64,000 bases of DNA from Azolla caroliniana. Taxonomy: Eukaryota; Plantae; Polypodiophyta. Below, one piece after another: positions 13,601-26,100 of this stretch. The notes below the pieces were generated by a model that had not been told where the DNA came from, ran no database searches, and saw only the letters and a list, made by a program, of their open reading frames with translations. Made by a program: the position numbers and the translations under genes. Each line of letters opens with the position of its first letter. Position 1 is the first letter of the stretch. Location of the stretch: positions 8,308,001-8,372,000 of the forward strand of contig JBHGNT010000020.1 of NCBI GenBank assembly GCA_043228905.1. The letters run 5' to 3'.

Positions 13601-15700
13601 GCGAAATGTGCATTCGGCGTGACCAGCGGGGCTCTCCTAGGCCACATAGTCAGCAAGGAAGGAATAGCGGTCGACCCAAACAAGATCTCCACTATTACGC
13701 AAGCTAAAACTCCGACAAATGCCAAAGCACTTAGTCGGTTTTTGGGCCAAATACGGTGGCATAGTCGGATGATACGGTATTTGGCGGACTTCGCCACGCC
13801 ACTACACGCTGCCGTACATCGGACTCCTTTCCAATGGACTGCAACAGAGGATAAAGCATATGAGGCACTTAAGATAATGCTCACACAGGCCCCCGTAGTA
13901 CAACCTCCAGTTTGGGCGAAACCATTTCACGTGTTCGTCGACGCCTCGGACACAGCAATAGGAAGCGCGCTAATGAAACTCACCGAACCAAACTGGTATA
14001 GGCCAGTATACTACGCAAGTCGTAAATTATCAGCAGCAGAGCGTAACTATTCCACAACAGAGCGGGAGGCGCTAGGGATAATCTATAGCATCAATAAATT
14101 CCGACATTATTTACTAGGACGGAAATTCACGTTCCACGTGGATCATTCGACATTATTGTATTTGGTAGAGAAACAAGCCCTGACAGGGAAATTGGCGCGG
14201 TGGATGCTGCTGCTCCAGGAATTCGAGTTCGTAATTCAGCACCGGCCAGGGATGCAACACGCAGTGGCGGATTTTTTGAGCAGACTTGAGAGTGGAGAAA
14301 CAATACAGAAAGACGACGACGATTTTCTGGATGCCGACATCTGGCGAGTAGCGACATTTGCAAAAAAAATGGAATCCACCTTTCCGGATCGATGGCTTAT
14401 GGAAATGACGTACTTTTTGACTATAGGACTACCTCCACCACAATTACGCACAAACGAGAAGAAACGACTAGCCGTCCGAAGCCGTCACTTCTCCCTGGTT
14501 GAAGGGTATTTATATCACAAAGGAAGTGACGGCATTTGGCGACGTGGAGTCCGTCAGGATGAAAAAGGAGTGTTACGGGAGGCACACTACGGCACGGCCG
14601 ACGACCATTACGCAGGCAACGTGACATCCCGCAAAGTATGGCAGGCGGGCTTATGATGGCCAACAACACAGAAGGACGCATTCGAGTATTGTAGAAAGTG
14701 TGATTTGTGCCAGCGGATGGGTCAGCCCACGGAGGACGCAAGGATGCCACACTAGCCCGTATTACCACTGGACCCCTTCCAAAAGTGGGGATTGGATTTT
14801 GTGGGGCCCTTCACACCAGCAGCAGCCCGTACGGGTAACAAATACATATTGGTAGCCACGGATTACTGTACCAAATGGGTAGAAGCAAAGGCACTACGGG
14901 AAAATACGGCGGTCGTCATAGCCAAATTTCTGTACAAGCACATCTGGTGCCGGTTCGGCTACCCGATTGAGCTCATCAGTGACCAGGGGAGCCACTTCCT
15001 CAATACGGTGGTTCGGAAACTAACACAGCATTACGCAGTCATCCACAAGAAAAGCACGCCATACTACCCGCAGGCGAATGGATTAGCGGAATCCACGAAC
15101 AAAACTTTACAGACCATTTTAAAGAAAACTATCAATGAAAACAGAACGGACTGGGATACCAAACTCCAGAGTGCGTTATGGGCGTATAGAACTAGTTACA
15201 AAACAAGCATACGGTCAACACCGTTCCGGCTAGCGTTTGGACTAGAAGCGGTAATGCCGGTCGAATTTCGGGTACCTAGTTTGTGCATTCAGGTACAGAA
15301 CCGATTATTAGAAGCCAAGTCAGAGGAGGAACGGCTCTACCAACTCCTCGAACTAGGGGAGAAACGTGTCCACAACATGGCTATGTTGGAAGAAGAACAC
15401 CGACGGTGTAAAGCATTTGTCGATCGACATCGGAGCGCAAGGGAAAAGGAGTTCGCCATGGGCCTAGCGGTGCTAGTTTTTCAAACACGCATGGGCCAGA
15501 TGCCGGGTAAGCTGCGTTTCCGCTGGACCGGCCCATACTGGATAATTGGAGCGGAACAGGGCACGTTCCAACTAGGAACACTGGCTGGAGAAATAGTACG
15601 GCAAAAAGTGAATGGGTTTCGGCTCAAACCTTACCTGGGTCCTACACCACCTAACCCATTCACCGCCGAACAGGACAAAGCCGGAGAACTCGCAGCGTAA
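10608..15700 (+). pseudogene. G1 gag-pol (gag with zinc knuckles, protease, RT, RNase H, integrase)
   Basis: CPICHSKVH, INGGSGVN, FLDGFSGYNQ, VDAS, NYSTTERE, DFVGPF, QANGLAE, WTGPY; broken by stops/frameshifts. Confidence 0.9.
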
Positions 15701-15729
15701 AAGGGACAGGCCCAATTGTACTATAATGT

Positions 15730-15814
15730 AAAATAAATAAATAAATAAAATAAAATAAAAATAAATAAAATAAAATAAAAATAAATAAAATAAATAAAAT
15801 AAAAATAAATAAAA
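15730..15814 (+). repeat. (TAAA/TAAAA)n A-rich simple repeat in G1 3' region; Sola2 target site
   Basis: Directly visible; A-run continues at 41760. Confidence 0.9.
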
Positions 15815-15840
15815 GGGTCGAAGCATGCTACGGTGTACCA
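15815..15840 (+). repeat. Left TIR of Sola2-type element
   Basis: 25/26 match to reverse complement of 41734-41759. Confidence 0.92.
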
Positions 15841-16150
15841 ACTTTTGGCCAAAAATTTAGTGCTAAATCGAAGAAGAAAATAAACATTAAAAATTGTAAA
15901 TAAATTTCAAAAAACAGAAAACAAATTCATTATGTCACACTCGAATGCACAAAGATATTATACGTCACACTCGAAATGTCCCTAGGCCATATTTAATACA
16001 TTAATTGTTGCCCTGGTCTCCTAGGTAGAGTTGTACGAAAGCACACCTGGAGAAGGTATCCATTGTGACAGTTGGTCAGTCTCAGTATCTCTCTCTCTCT
16101 CTCTCTCTGGTATGGGTAGTCGAACGTGTCAGTTGGTATGTCTCTCTCTC

Positions 16151-16190
<40 letters not shown>

Positions 16191-16511
16191 GTCTCGAAGT
16201 TGTCAGACAGACAGTGGCAGAAAGTTAAAGAAAGACGACATATCTATTACAGGTCTATCTCTCTCTTTCTCTCTCTCACTCCACCTTCGAAGCTCTGTTT
16301 CTTTCTTTCTTTCTGTTTCTCTCTCTCACTCCACCTTCGATTCTCTGTTTCCCCACGTAGCTGTTCTTGTGTTCCCCTCTGTGCCAGGTTCGATCTCGAA
16401 CTCTGTATACGCAGAGATTTTTGTTTCCCCTGCTCGTTGTATGTGTTGTTGACTTTCCTTCCTTGTGTATGCTCGTTTGTCTCCTCTGCAGCAGCCTCAT
16501 CAACAACCTCT

Positions 16512-16726
16512 TGCATATAGGTGATTTTGAAGGCTTGGTGTGCTTCCAAGGTGTCGAAATCAACACGGTGTGGTACCTCTGCAAGTTGTACGACCTCCAG
16601 GTATTCTCTGTGTTGCATGCATATAGGTGATTTTGAAGGCTTGGTGTGCTTCCAAGGTGTCGAAATCAACACGGTGTGGTACCTCTGCAAGTTGTACGAC
16701 CTCCAGGTATTCTCTGTGTTGCATGC
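16512..16726 (+). repeat. Perfect 106-bp tandem duplication containing an AG...GT-bounded putative 5' UTR exon
   Basis: TAG|GTGATTTTG...CTCCAG|GTATTC occurs twice at 106-bp spacing. Confidence 0.8.
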
Positions 16727-18749
16727 CCAACTAGTATGTTTTCTTTTTCTGAATGTTTCCTGTCTGTCTATTTTTTATTTGCATGTGTATGGCCATTTTT
16801 AGGTTTTGATTATTCATAGTCTATGTGTTGCATGCCCAACTGGTATGTTTTTGTTTTCTCTGTGTTTCTTTTAAAAATGTATGACAATATTTTGATCGAG
16901 GTGGTTGTGTGTTAGACATGTTTGTACATGCAACATAAATGGAGTTGGCAATGATGAGTTGCTATGTTTTCGTTTTGTTCTTGTTTCCTGTCCATCTGTT
17001 TTATTTTGTGTGAGTTTGACATGGATGAGTGTTTTTCTTACTATTTTGGGTTTTTGTGTGTTTGACATGGCTTGTACATGCGATGTGATGGAGTTGGCTA
17101 TGATGATTTACAATGTTTTCATTTTCTTTGACTTTCCTATCCGTCTGTTTTTATTGTCTGTGTGTTTGACATGGATGAGTTTTTTTCCGACTATTTCGGG
17201 TTATTGTGTGTTTGACATGGTTTGTACATGCAATGTGATGATTTGCTATGTGTTGATGGTAATTGCTTGAGTTTTCTTCTAGTACATGCATATTCATTCC
17301 CTGAGAATTGTGTTGACTAGGACAATGACGAGAAGGACACCCATAAAGAAGACATTGATGAAAGAGAAAGTGAAGACACCAGTGAAGGAAGGAAGAAGGA
17401 CACCCATGAAAGAAAGCAAGAAGACACCCACAAGAGAAAGGGTGATGAATTCATCAACACAGAGAAAGAAGATGTACCACTCCATCAATCGAGACACACC
17501 TCTTGGATGGAATTATTTCCTTCGAGCACGACCTAACGTTTATCCAGAGCTAAGAGAATAGTTGTTAAAAACCTGGGGGTCAGCACATCCCGACACAAGG
17601 CGAGGATTCCACATAAGTGGTTTGAAGAGGGAATACATGAATTTATTGAACACGAGATACGAACATGAATCAAATCACTAACAATGAGGTGGGTACTGTT
17701 TTTGCACGTGCTTTTGCATGTGAAGTTCAAGGTGGCATTGACGTAAATTGGGAAGATTTTAATCGGCACCGGTCAGAACATTACAAAGGGTCCTCCAGTA
17801 CCAACACTGGCTTGAAGTCATCTGGAACCTCTCATGTGGATATTCCAGCTACAACACCTGTCCACCAAGTTCTAGAGGCAAAGGTACGGGCCACAATGAC
17901 TGAAAAGCATGAACAGATGATGGCCGGTTGCATAGCTTCTATGAGCTCAAGAATACAAGCATTACTTGCTGATTTGGAAGCAGTTAAATCAGCTGAGATA
18001 CAGGCAGAAAAGAAATTTTCTTCAATAAAAACTACATATGAATGGATTGCATCGACAATCCAAAATTCAGAAAGTGAGGTGTTGAAAGAGGAGTTGAAGA
18101 AAGAGCTGAACAATATGGGCACTCAATTAGGTTCACAGATGAGAGACCTTGATACTTGCAGGAATGCACATGAAGAAATAGATAATAAGTTGTCAGCCTT
18201 AAAGTTGCATTCTGAGAACCTTGCATGCTTGATGCAGGATTTAAAACAAAATGGTTTTGATACTTTGTGTCCATCTGTAATTGAGCACCCAAGTGGTATA
18301 GAAAGTACCATTATTAGTATAGCTATATCACGGTATTGGCTTTAAAAGTTATTTATTTCTACTTCTTTGGTATAAATAAGTGAGCAACTAATATATTATA
18401 ACTTGTGTTTGCAATCTTCCAGGTGTATATTTTGTGGCCTCGGATTCAAGCTAGAGGCTATGGATGTTGTGATTACACCATGCTTGCACACATATCATGT
18501 GCTATGTGCTAAGTATCATTTTGAAAAAGAGAATACATGTATGGACTGTAAAACTACAATTGCGGCTGAGTGGTACTATGCTTGGGGTTTAAAAGTACAC
18601 CCGTACGGTATGTGGCTCTACTATTCTATTGTTTGTATTATATGATGTCAATTAACATTTGGACTAGAACTAGTGTATGCCACAATTCATACTTCAAATT
18701 TAGTGTAATCTCTAACAACTATTATGTGGAACCCTAATTATGTGGGTTA

Positions 18750-20575
18750 GTATTGGCAGTACTCTTAATATATAATTGGTATGTGTAGTTGAAGGGATAT
18801 TTTCCAAAATTAGTAGTACTAAAAGGGAACCATGTACAACATCGTCCAATCTATATTGCAACTTGCCTAGTATTAGTTTAGTAAACACTATACTTATAGT
18901 ACACTGTTGACTGTTAGTATTGTTTGTGTAACTTGGGAATTAGTACTAATAATGTAATTTGGGAACAAGGTGTATAGTAAATTGTTGAATAATAGTACAA
19001 TTATTGTAATTTGGAAATGAGGTGTGTCAAACACATATCACGTTTAGTACTAATACTGTTGGTGTAATTAGTACAAGTTATGTAACTAGGTGTGTAGAAC
19101 ACATATCATGTTTACTATTACTTGTGTGCAAAATACCAATCTACATTTGTTGGATTAGTACTTAGTAAGTACTACATGGTTCATGATTAGTACTAGTTCT
19201 GTACTTTGTGAACTAAGTTACTAGTACATTGCTCATGATTAATACTAGTTTTGTAATTTGGGAACTGAGTAGTACTTTGTTCCTTATTAGTACTAGTTTT
19301 GTACCTTATTAGTACTAGATCAGTAATCTAGAAAATAAGTGAGTAGTACATTTTGTAGGATTAGTACTAATTGTGTAATTTGACTACGTTAGTGGTACAT
19401 TGTTGAGTAGTACATTGTTCAGGATTAGTACTAATTGTGTAATTTGACTAAGTCAGTGGTACATTGTTCGGGATTAGTACTCCTTGTGTAATTTGGTAAC
19501 TAAGTGAGTAGTATATTGTGCATGATTAGTACTACTTGTGTAAATTGGGAACTAAGTGAGCATTGCATTGTTCAGGATTAGTACTCCTTGTGTAATTTGG
19601 TAACTAAGTGAGTAGTATATTGTGCATGATTAGTACTACTTGTGTAAATTGGGAACTAAGTGAGCAGTACATTGTTCGGGATTAGTACTAGTTCAGTGAT
19701 TTAGGAAATAAGTGAGTAGTACATTGTTCAAGATTAGTACTACTTATTAATTTGACTAAGTCAGTGGTACATTTTTCGGGATTAGTACTTGTGTAATTTG
19801 GTAACTAAGTGAGTAGTATATTGTGCATGATTAGTACTACTTGTGTAAATTGGGAACTAAGTGAGCAGTACATTGTTCGGGATTAGTACTAGTTCAGTGA
19901 TTTAGGAAATAAGTGAGTAGTACATTGTTCAAGATTAGTACTACTTATTAATTTTTCGGGATTAGTACTCCTTGTGTAATTTGGTAACTAAGTGAGTAGT
20001 ATATTGTGCATGATTAGTACTACTTGTGTAAATTGGGAACTAAGTGAGCATTACATTGTTCAGGATTAGTACTCCTTGTGTAATTTGGTAACTAAGTGAG
20101 TAGTATATTGTGTATGCTTAGTACTACTTGTGTAAATTGGGAACTAAGTGAGCAGTACATTGTTCGGGATTAGTACTCCTTGTGTAATTTGGTAACTAAG
20201 TGAGTAGTATATTGTGCATGATTAGTACTAATCGTGTATATTGGGAACTAAGTGAGCAGTACATTTTTCCTTATTAGTACTAGTTCAGTAATTTAGGAAA
20301 CAAGTGAGTAGTACATTGTTCAAGATTAGTACTACTTATTAATTTGACTAAGTCAGTGGTACATTGTTCGGGATTAGTACTCCTTGTGTAATTTGGTAAC
20401 TAAGTGAGTAGTATATTGTGCATGATTAGTACTACTTGTGTATATTGTGCATGATTAGTACTACTTGTGTAAATTGGGAACTAAGTGAGCAGTACAGTGC
20501 TCCTTATTAGTACTAGTTCAGTAATTTAGGAACTATGTGGGTAGTACATTGTTCATGATTGGTACATTGTGTAAT
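18750..20575. repeat. Intronic 52-bp tandem array with higher-order variants, core GATTAGTACT
   Basis: Alternating monomers GATTAGTACTCCTTGTGTAATTTGGTAACTAAGTGAG.../GATTAGTACTACTTGTGTAAATTGGGAACTAAGTGAG...; regular from ~19400, degenerate leftwards; inside intron 18608-20666. Confidence 0.9.
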
Positions 20576-22227
20576 ATGGGAAGCAGCTCTTGTGACCTAC
20601 ATTATATATTTTAGATGATGGTACTAACATTCAAGGTTTTTTTGTTTCTTGCAATGAATGTTGTAGTGTCAAGCAACTCCACGCTAGGGAAGGTAATGGA
20701 ACAACTAGCCCCTGTGCCTAAACCCTCAATATCTGCTGCACATTCCAAGGTTCAGGGACCATCATTACCAATAACCTATGCTTTTTATGATGAGGATGAA
20801 AGTATGAGAAGGGCCATTGGAGCAGTGGAACATATGCTTCTACAAACAAATTCCCCAAGCTCCGGTCAACATCAAGAAATAGAGCCCACTAAGAAGAGAA
20901 ATACAGTTTCTTTACAAATAGAGCCCAGTAAGAAGAGAAATGTTGCAAGAATGTTGTATGGAAACGGTAAGAAAGGCAAAGTTGAATGCAATGGTGAGTC
21001 ATATAAGTTCTCACCTGTCCGGAGCACTGTCAACCTAATCCATTGTCTAATACCATGTACTTGTGTTACTAGCTGATGACGAAATGATATTTGGTGACGG
21101 AGATACAAGTCCAAAACCTGATCGTGAAGACGAATTTATCACACTCCCAAGTACACGTCAAAAGCTAGACTTTGAAAACAATGATTTAGCTCATAACAAC
21201 CCTATTTTTGTTGCTATTATATGTAGAAAGTAACGTGCGGAAGCAAGTATGAAGACCGAATAGAAGGAAGGAAACTCAGGTTCAATGGAGAGCTTGAGCT
21301 TACACGGTATACGCGGGAGAGACACAGAGAGAGAGTGAGAGAGAAGACAAAAAATATAACAGAAGTACACAATCTCTATTCACCACTCTCTATACATATG
21401 TGTGTTCAATGAACACTTTTATACAAGTCCTAGAAGGACTGACAGAAGTACTGGCAGTACTTCAATGCTCATTTAGAGCTCCTACACTAACTCCCAAATA
21501 TATTCCTCACGGAATATCTTTCTTAACGACCTCCCGGTTTACGCACTCGGCCTAACCGATCGGTCCCAACCGATCCGGTCCTCGTCTTCTTCAGCCGATC
21601 CGGCCGATGTTGAGCTTGTCTCTCAACACTCCCCCTCAAGCTCAACTCGAGGCTCTTTGGGATCCTCAAGCTCACAACTCTGGTTCCTCTTGGCTTCACA
21701 CCTCGCTCGCGCTCCTCGACCTGTTCGACTCCGCGCGCTTCGACCCTTCTGGACGGCCTGTCTGCTCATGCGGCCCTTATCAGCTCTTCTGTTGTTGCGG
21801 TGTTGACGCGTCTCCTGCTGCCTTTTCTTCCGCTTGGGCCTCGGTTGATTCAGCGTATCTGAATCAAACATCCGAACCGACTCGGCTACCTCTGATCGGT
21901 TTTCGCTCTCGTCCGAGTTGGCTGTCTCCAACTCATCTTCGGTCTTCTCACCCTCGATGGCGTCATCTCCCCCATGCGTGGTTGGCTTCGGCTCTCTCCT
22001 TCTGTCTGCTTCCGAACTTTTCCGCGGGTCCGCCCTCGGCTTCTTCAGCCGATCCGAAGTCGAACTCGACAACCGAGTCAACAAACTCGGTGTCGCGGTC
22101 TCCGCTCCTTTCCTGCTGCCTTGCTTGGTCATTTGGGACTGTTCTCCCCCTCAAGTTTGGCACGTTGTCGTGAAGAATGTGCTTCACGATATAAAAATGA
22201 GCTTAAATGTTGTATTTAATAATATTT

Positions 22228-22422
22228 GAGAGACTTGAACCCACATCCTTATATACGATGTACAATGTACATACCACTAGGCTAGGCTATTTATTTGTAA
22301 AAGTGTGTAATAAATGTGCTTCATGATATAAGAATGAAGCTATATATTGTATTAAGTAAAATTGAGGGACTTGAACCCTCAACCTTGTATATCAAGCACA
22401 AACCATACACCACTAAGCTAGG
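22228..22422 (-). ncRNA. Two tandem tRNA-like A-box/B-box modules in G2 U3 (repeated in the 3' LTR)
   Basis: rc TAGCCTAGTGGT...GGGTTCAAGTCTC (22228-22287) and TAGCTTAGTGGT...GGGTTCAAGTCCC (22364-22422). Confidence 0.6.
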
Positions 22423-22670
22423 TTATTTGTTTTAGGGTTATATCATTATACTTATCCCAATACATGGGAGCTCAAATGAGCATGATGGCTATCATGCATC
22501 ACATGCAATGCATGTGCGCCAAATGGCGATCATGCATCAGATGTAACTCATGCATTACATGCATGACATTACCATATGCATGGAAATACTTATAAAAAGA
22601 GAGGAAAGGAAAACAAAAGGGAATCAAGGAATCAAGAGAGAGTGAAAAAATAATACAATCAATTGAAGAA

Positions 22671-22735
22671 GACTAGCTCATTGGGTGGAGAACCTCTCGT
22701 TTCGAAGTTGAGGTCGAGGGTTCAAATCAAGGGTC
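22671..22735 (+). ncRNA. tRNA-like module downstream of the G2 TATA box
   Basis: TAGCTCATTGG (A box) ... GAGGGTTCAAATC (B box) at tRNA spacing. Confidence 0.5.
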
Positions 22736-22900
22736 GGTATTGAAAAGATTCATCTTGCGATCAAGGATTGTAAAGTTGGTAAAATATTATATTTTTAATA
22801 TACATCATGTTTATATCATATACTCTTGTTTCTAGAATCATATTTTGTCTAAATCTTCTTTCTTGAATCATACATTGTCTCTATCTTTTATCTATGCTCA

Positions 22901-22944
<44 letters not shown>

Positions 22945-23088
22945 ACATTACTTGTAACTCTTCGCCGTACTACCCTTAACCATTCTATCATCACCATACA
23001 AGCCTTATTAAAAGTTAAGTTTCTTCAACTCCCCTTAACCTTAGTCCCCGCGACTTCACCGCACGAACCACAACTACCCCGACACATT

Positions 23089-23106
23089 TGGTGAACCCGA
23101 CGTGAA
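23089..23106 (+). promoter_or_regulatory. PBS complementary to tRNA-Trp 3' end (TGGTGAACCCGACGTGAA)
   Basis: Matches plant tRNA-Trp 3' end TTCACGTCGGGTTCACCA as recalled; identical at 50092-50109. Confidence 0.85.
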
Positions 23107-23123
23107 GGCGGCGACGAGGAGAA

Positions 23124-26100
23124 ATGGAGGAGCAAATGAGGCTTATGTGTACGATGATGGAACGAGTGATGCGGGAACAAGGGATGATGGCAAGCATCGA
23201 CAAAGCCGTCGACAATATTCTCGCACGAGTAGGAATCTTCGAAGGTATAAATTTAACAAGATTTCTGAAGATTTATAATGAAGAAATGCTTAAACGCGGT
23301 GTCGACGAAGCTACAAAAATTAATAGCTTTAGTCGAGTCGCTGCGATTGGGCTACAAGAGAGGATCCAAGAGCTCCAAAGGGAGAATCAGACATGGACAA
23401 CATTCGAAAGGGCATTACTCAATGAATACAACCTCAACGATATGTCAAGGATGACAAGGCAAGCTTTCATGGATTGGGTAGAGTCTAATAAACATTTAAG
23501 TGTTTTGGAAGTATTAAAAGAGTTTTCTGAAAGATTTGAGCAACTAAATGTTAGAGATAGAAATATAATAGTGCCAGATAAAGTCATATTGTTTCTACAA
23601 GCTACTAATATTAAAGACAGGAAGGACTTGGGAATGCTTTTAGAAGATCAGAATAGTCCAAGTGGACTTACCGAAGACTGGGAGGAGGTGAAAAGGACGT
23701 GAGCCCATTTCTGCAAAAGAAAGTTATGGTTTATGGAGTTGCCCGACAGAAATGATGAAGAAACGGGGAACGAGTCGGGAGAAAAGAAAGTAGAAGAATC
23801 ACTCTTACACGAATTAGTGAAAGGCATGAAAGACTTGTCGATCAAAGTGACGAAGCTAGAATCGGGACAAAGCTCGACTTCATCAAGGCAGGGAGGTGGA
23901 ATGGTCCGAAGGTGTATGTGGTGTGATAGTATCAACCACCAGAAGAAAGATTGTCAAGAGCATAGGGATGCTCTTAATCATAATAAAATCTACTATCAAG
24001 ATGGCAAGATTCACTCAACTGAGACTCGACAACCACTTCAACTCAACTTCGGGCGAGGAGGAATGAAAAGGCTAATGGAAGATGCCGAGAGAGAAACGAC
24101 TCAAGCGATACAATCCGTGGCAACCTTAGGATTGCGCGTAGAAGACTCATATGGTGGATCTGGCTTTTGGCAAGATGTGATGGATTATGCAAGAAAAGGG
24201 AAGGTTCGAGTGGATGAATTAAAAAGAGCGGGAGATGAAATACGAAACTTCACTGGATGGAATGATCCAGTAGACGCGCTATCAGCATTCGCCCAAGTGA
24301 ATGCACAAGATGTGCTAGTGGAAGAGAAGCGGAAGAGAGCTGAGGAAGCTGATCCGACAAAGAGACATGAGACACGAGAACAAAAGAGAAGGGAGATGGA
24401 AAAGGGTGCTATTGAGCCGAAGGAAGCTGATAAAGTAAAAGGAAAGACAGGCCCATCTTTCAAGCTTGCCTCAGACATAGAAACAACGATGGATATAAAA
24501 AAGGTACTAGAAACAAGAATATTAAATAGTAAGGTAGAATTTACTTTAAGAGAAGTGTTGGGTATAGCAAAGAAAGAATTTCATGAGGTTATCATAGATA
24601 TTATTAGAAGGAAGAGACAGGTGACGGAGGAAATTACGGGAGGGTGTGCAGCAACACTCCAAGATTTGTATGGTGGCACCATCAATGCTGCAAGTGTAAA
24701 AAACCAGAATGATGTTGGCGTCCATGAAGGGGATAGGAGTCACTATACAAGGGACCATTGGGCTCGAGCAACAACGGAGGCACCTGCAAAAATTGGGGAG
24801 CAGCAAATTCCATGTATTGCTTTGATCGATCATGGATCAGAGATTAACATGATGTCATCGGAATTTTACGCTCGAGGACGATGGCCGATCGACAAGAATC
24901 ATGGGTGGAAAATAAGAGCTGCCACAGAAACTATGGAGGATCTATTCGGAGCATGTCCTAGTGTGAAGGTAACAATTGGTGATGTCTCGGTGAATCAAAA
25001 TTTCTTTGTGCAGGATCGATCAACCTACCCCGTCATCCTTGGCCAGCCCTACATCACCGCAGTGAGGATGGAAACAAAGGTTATTGATGATGGTTCGGCT
25101 TTCGCGAGAATCAAGAGTCAAGATGGAAGAAAGACTGTCCAATTCTTAACCGTGAGGCCCAACCATGAAAGAAACAAAGAATGCTTGAGGGAACATCCAA
25201 TTCAAGAGATGGATGAAATGTGATAGCCCGAGCATAAAAGAAAACCCCATAAATAATAATGTAAATAAAGATATTCCTTGTACAATCTCATCTAATGGTG
25301 CTACTTTTATACTAAAAGTAAATAATAATAAAATACAAAATGCTTTCGAGTATTTTAAGTGTTCTGGATTAATAGATGATGATGAAGAAATTCAGGATAT
25401 GTTTGAAGAATTAAGTTTTGAAGATACAATAACTCATTTGGAAGCAATGGAAGAAGACAACGAAATCCAAGTTCCTGTCCATTCAATCAAGATGTATGAG
25501 GTCATTGAAGAAGTTGCTCGAAAGGATCATGAAGCACATGTACTAACAAAATACAAGACAGTGGAGAAGAAGGTTCGTCCTATTGCTGCTCCACTTCCAG
25601 GGGATAGTGAAAAGGCAATCAAAGAAGCAGCCACAGAGCCAATGATCAGAGACCCACGAAAGGTAGGACATGTGTTTACTCCGGAAACAATACAAGGGAT
25701 GAAAATAGGAGGGGGTGACTTCCTATTACCCGCTGAAGAAAAGCAGTTCAGGGAGATGTTAAAAAGGCATGGAAAGGCGTTCGCATTCCAACCGGAAGAA
25801 ATAGGGTGTGTGGATCTAGAAATTGTGGAGCCCATGGTTATATTCACTATCCCTCATATTCCATGGAACTTTAAGCCAATACCCATGCCTAGGGCTAGAA
25901 TCCCTCAACTATTAGAACTTTTGAAAGAAAAGATAAGGATGGGTATCTTGGAACCATCGAACGCTCCTTACTCGAGTCGATGGTTCACTGTGTTAAAGAA
26001 AGATGGGCGACTCCGATTTATCCAAGATATGCAACCCGTGAATAAAGTAACAATCCGAAACTCGGGAGTAGGGCCAATTGTGGATGAGTTTGTTGAGATG

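Noticed and set aside
16031-16690. ORFs with SLSLSL/ERERE runs (also 6228-6518, 22894-23094)
   Set aside because: Translation of (CT)n/(CA)n microsatellites
18750-20575. CRISPR-like appearance of the regular arrays (also 38180-39420, 40967-41212, 62820-63866)
   Set aside because: Units are contiguous tandem copies without unique spacers; no cas genes; eukaryotic context
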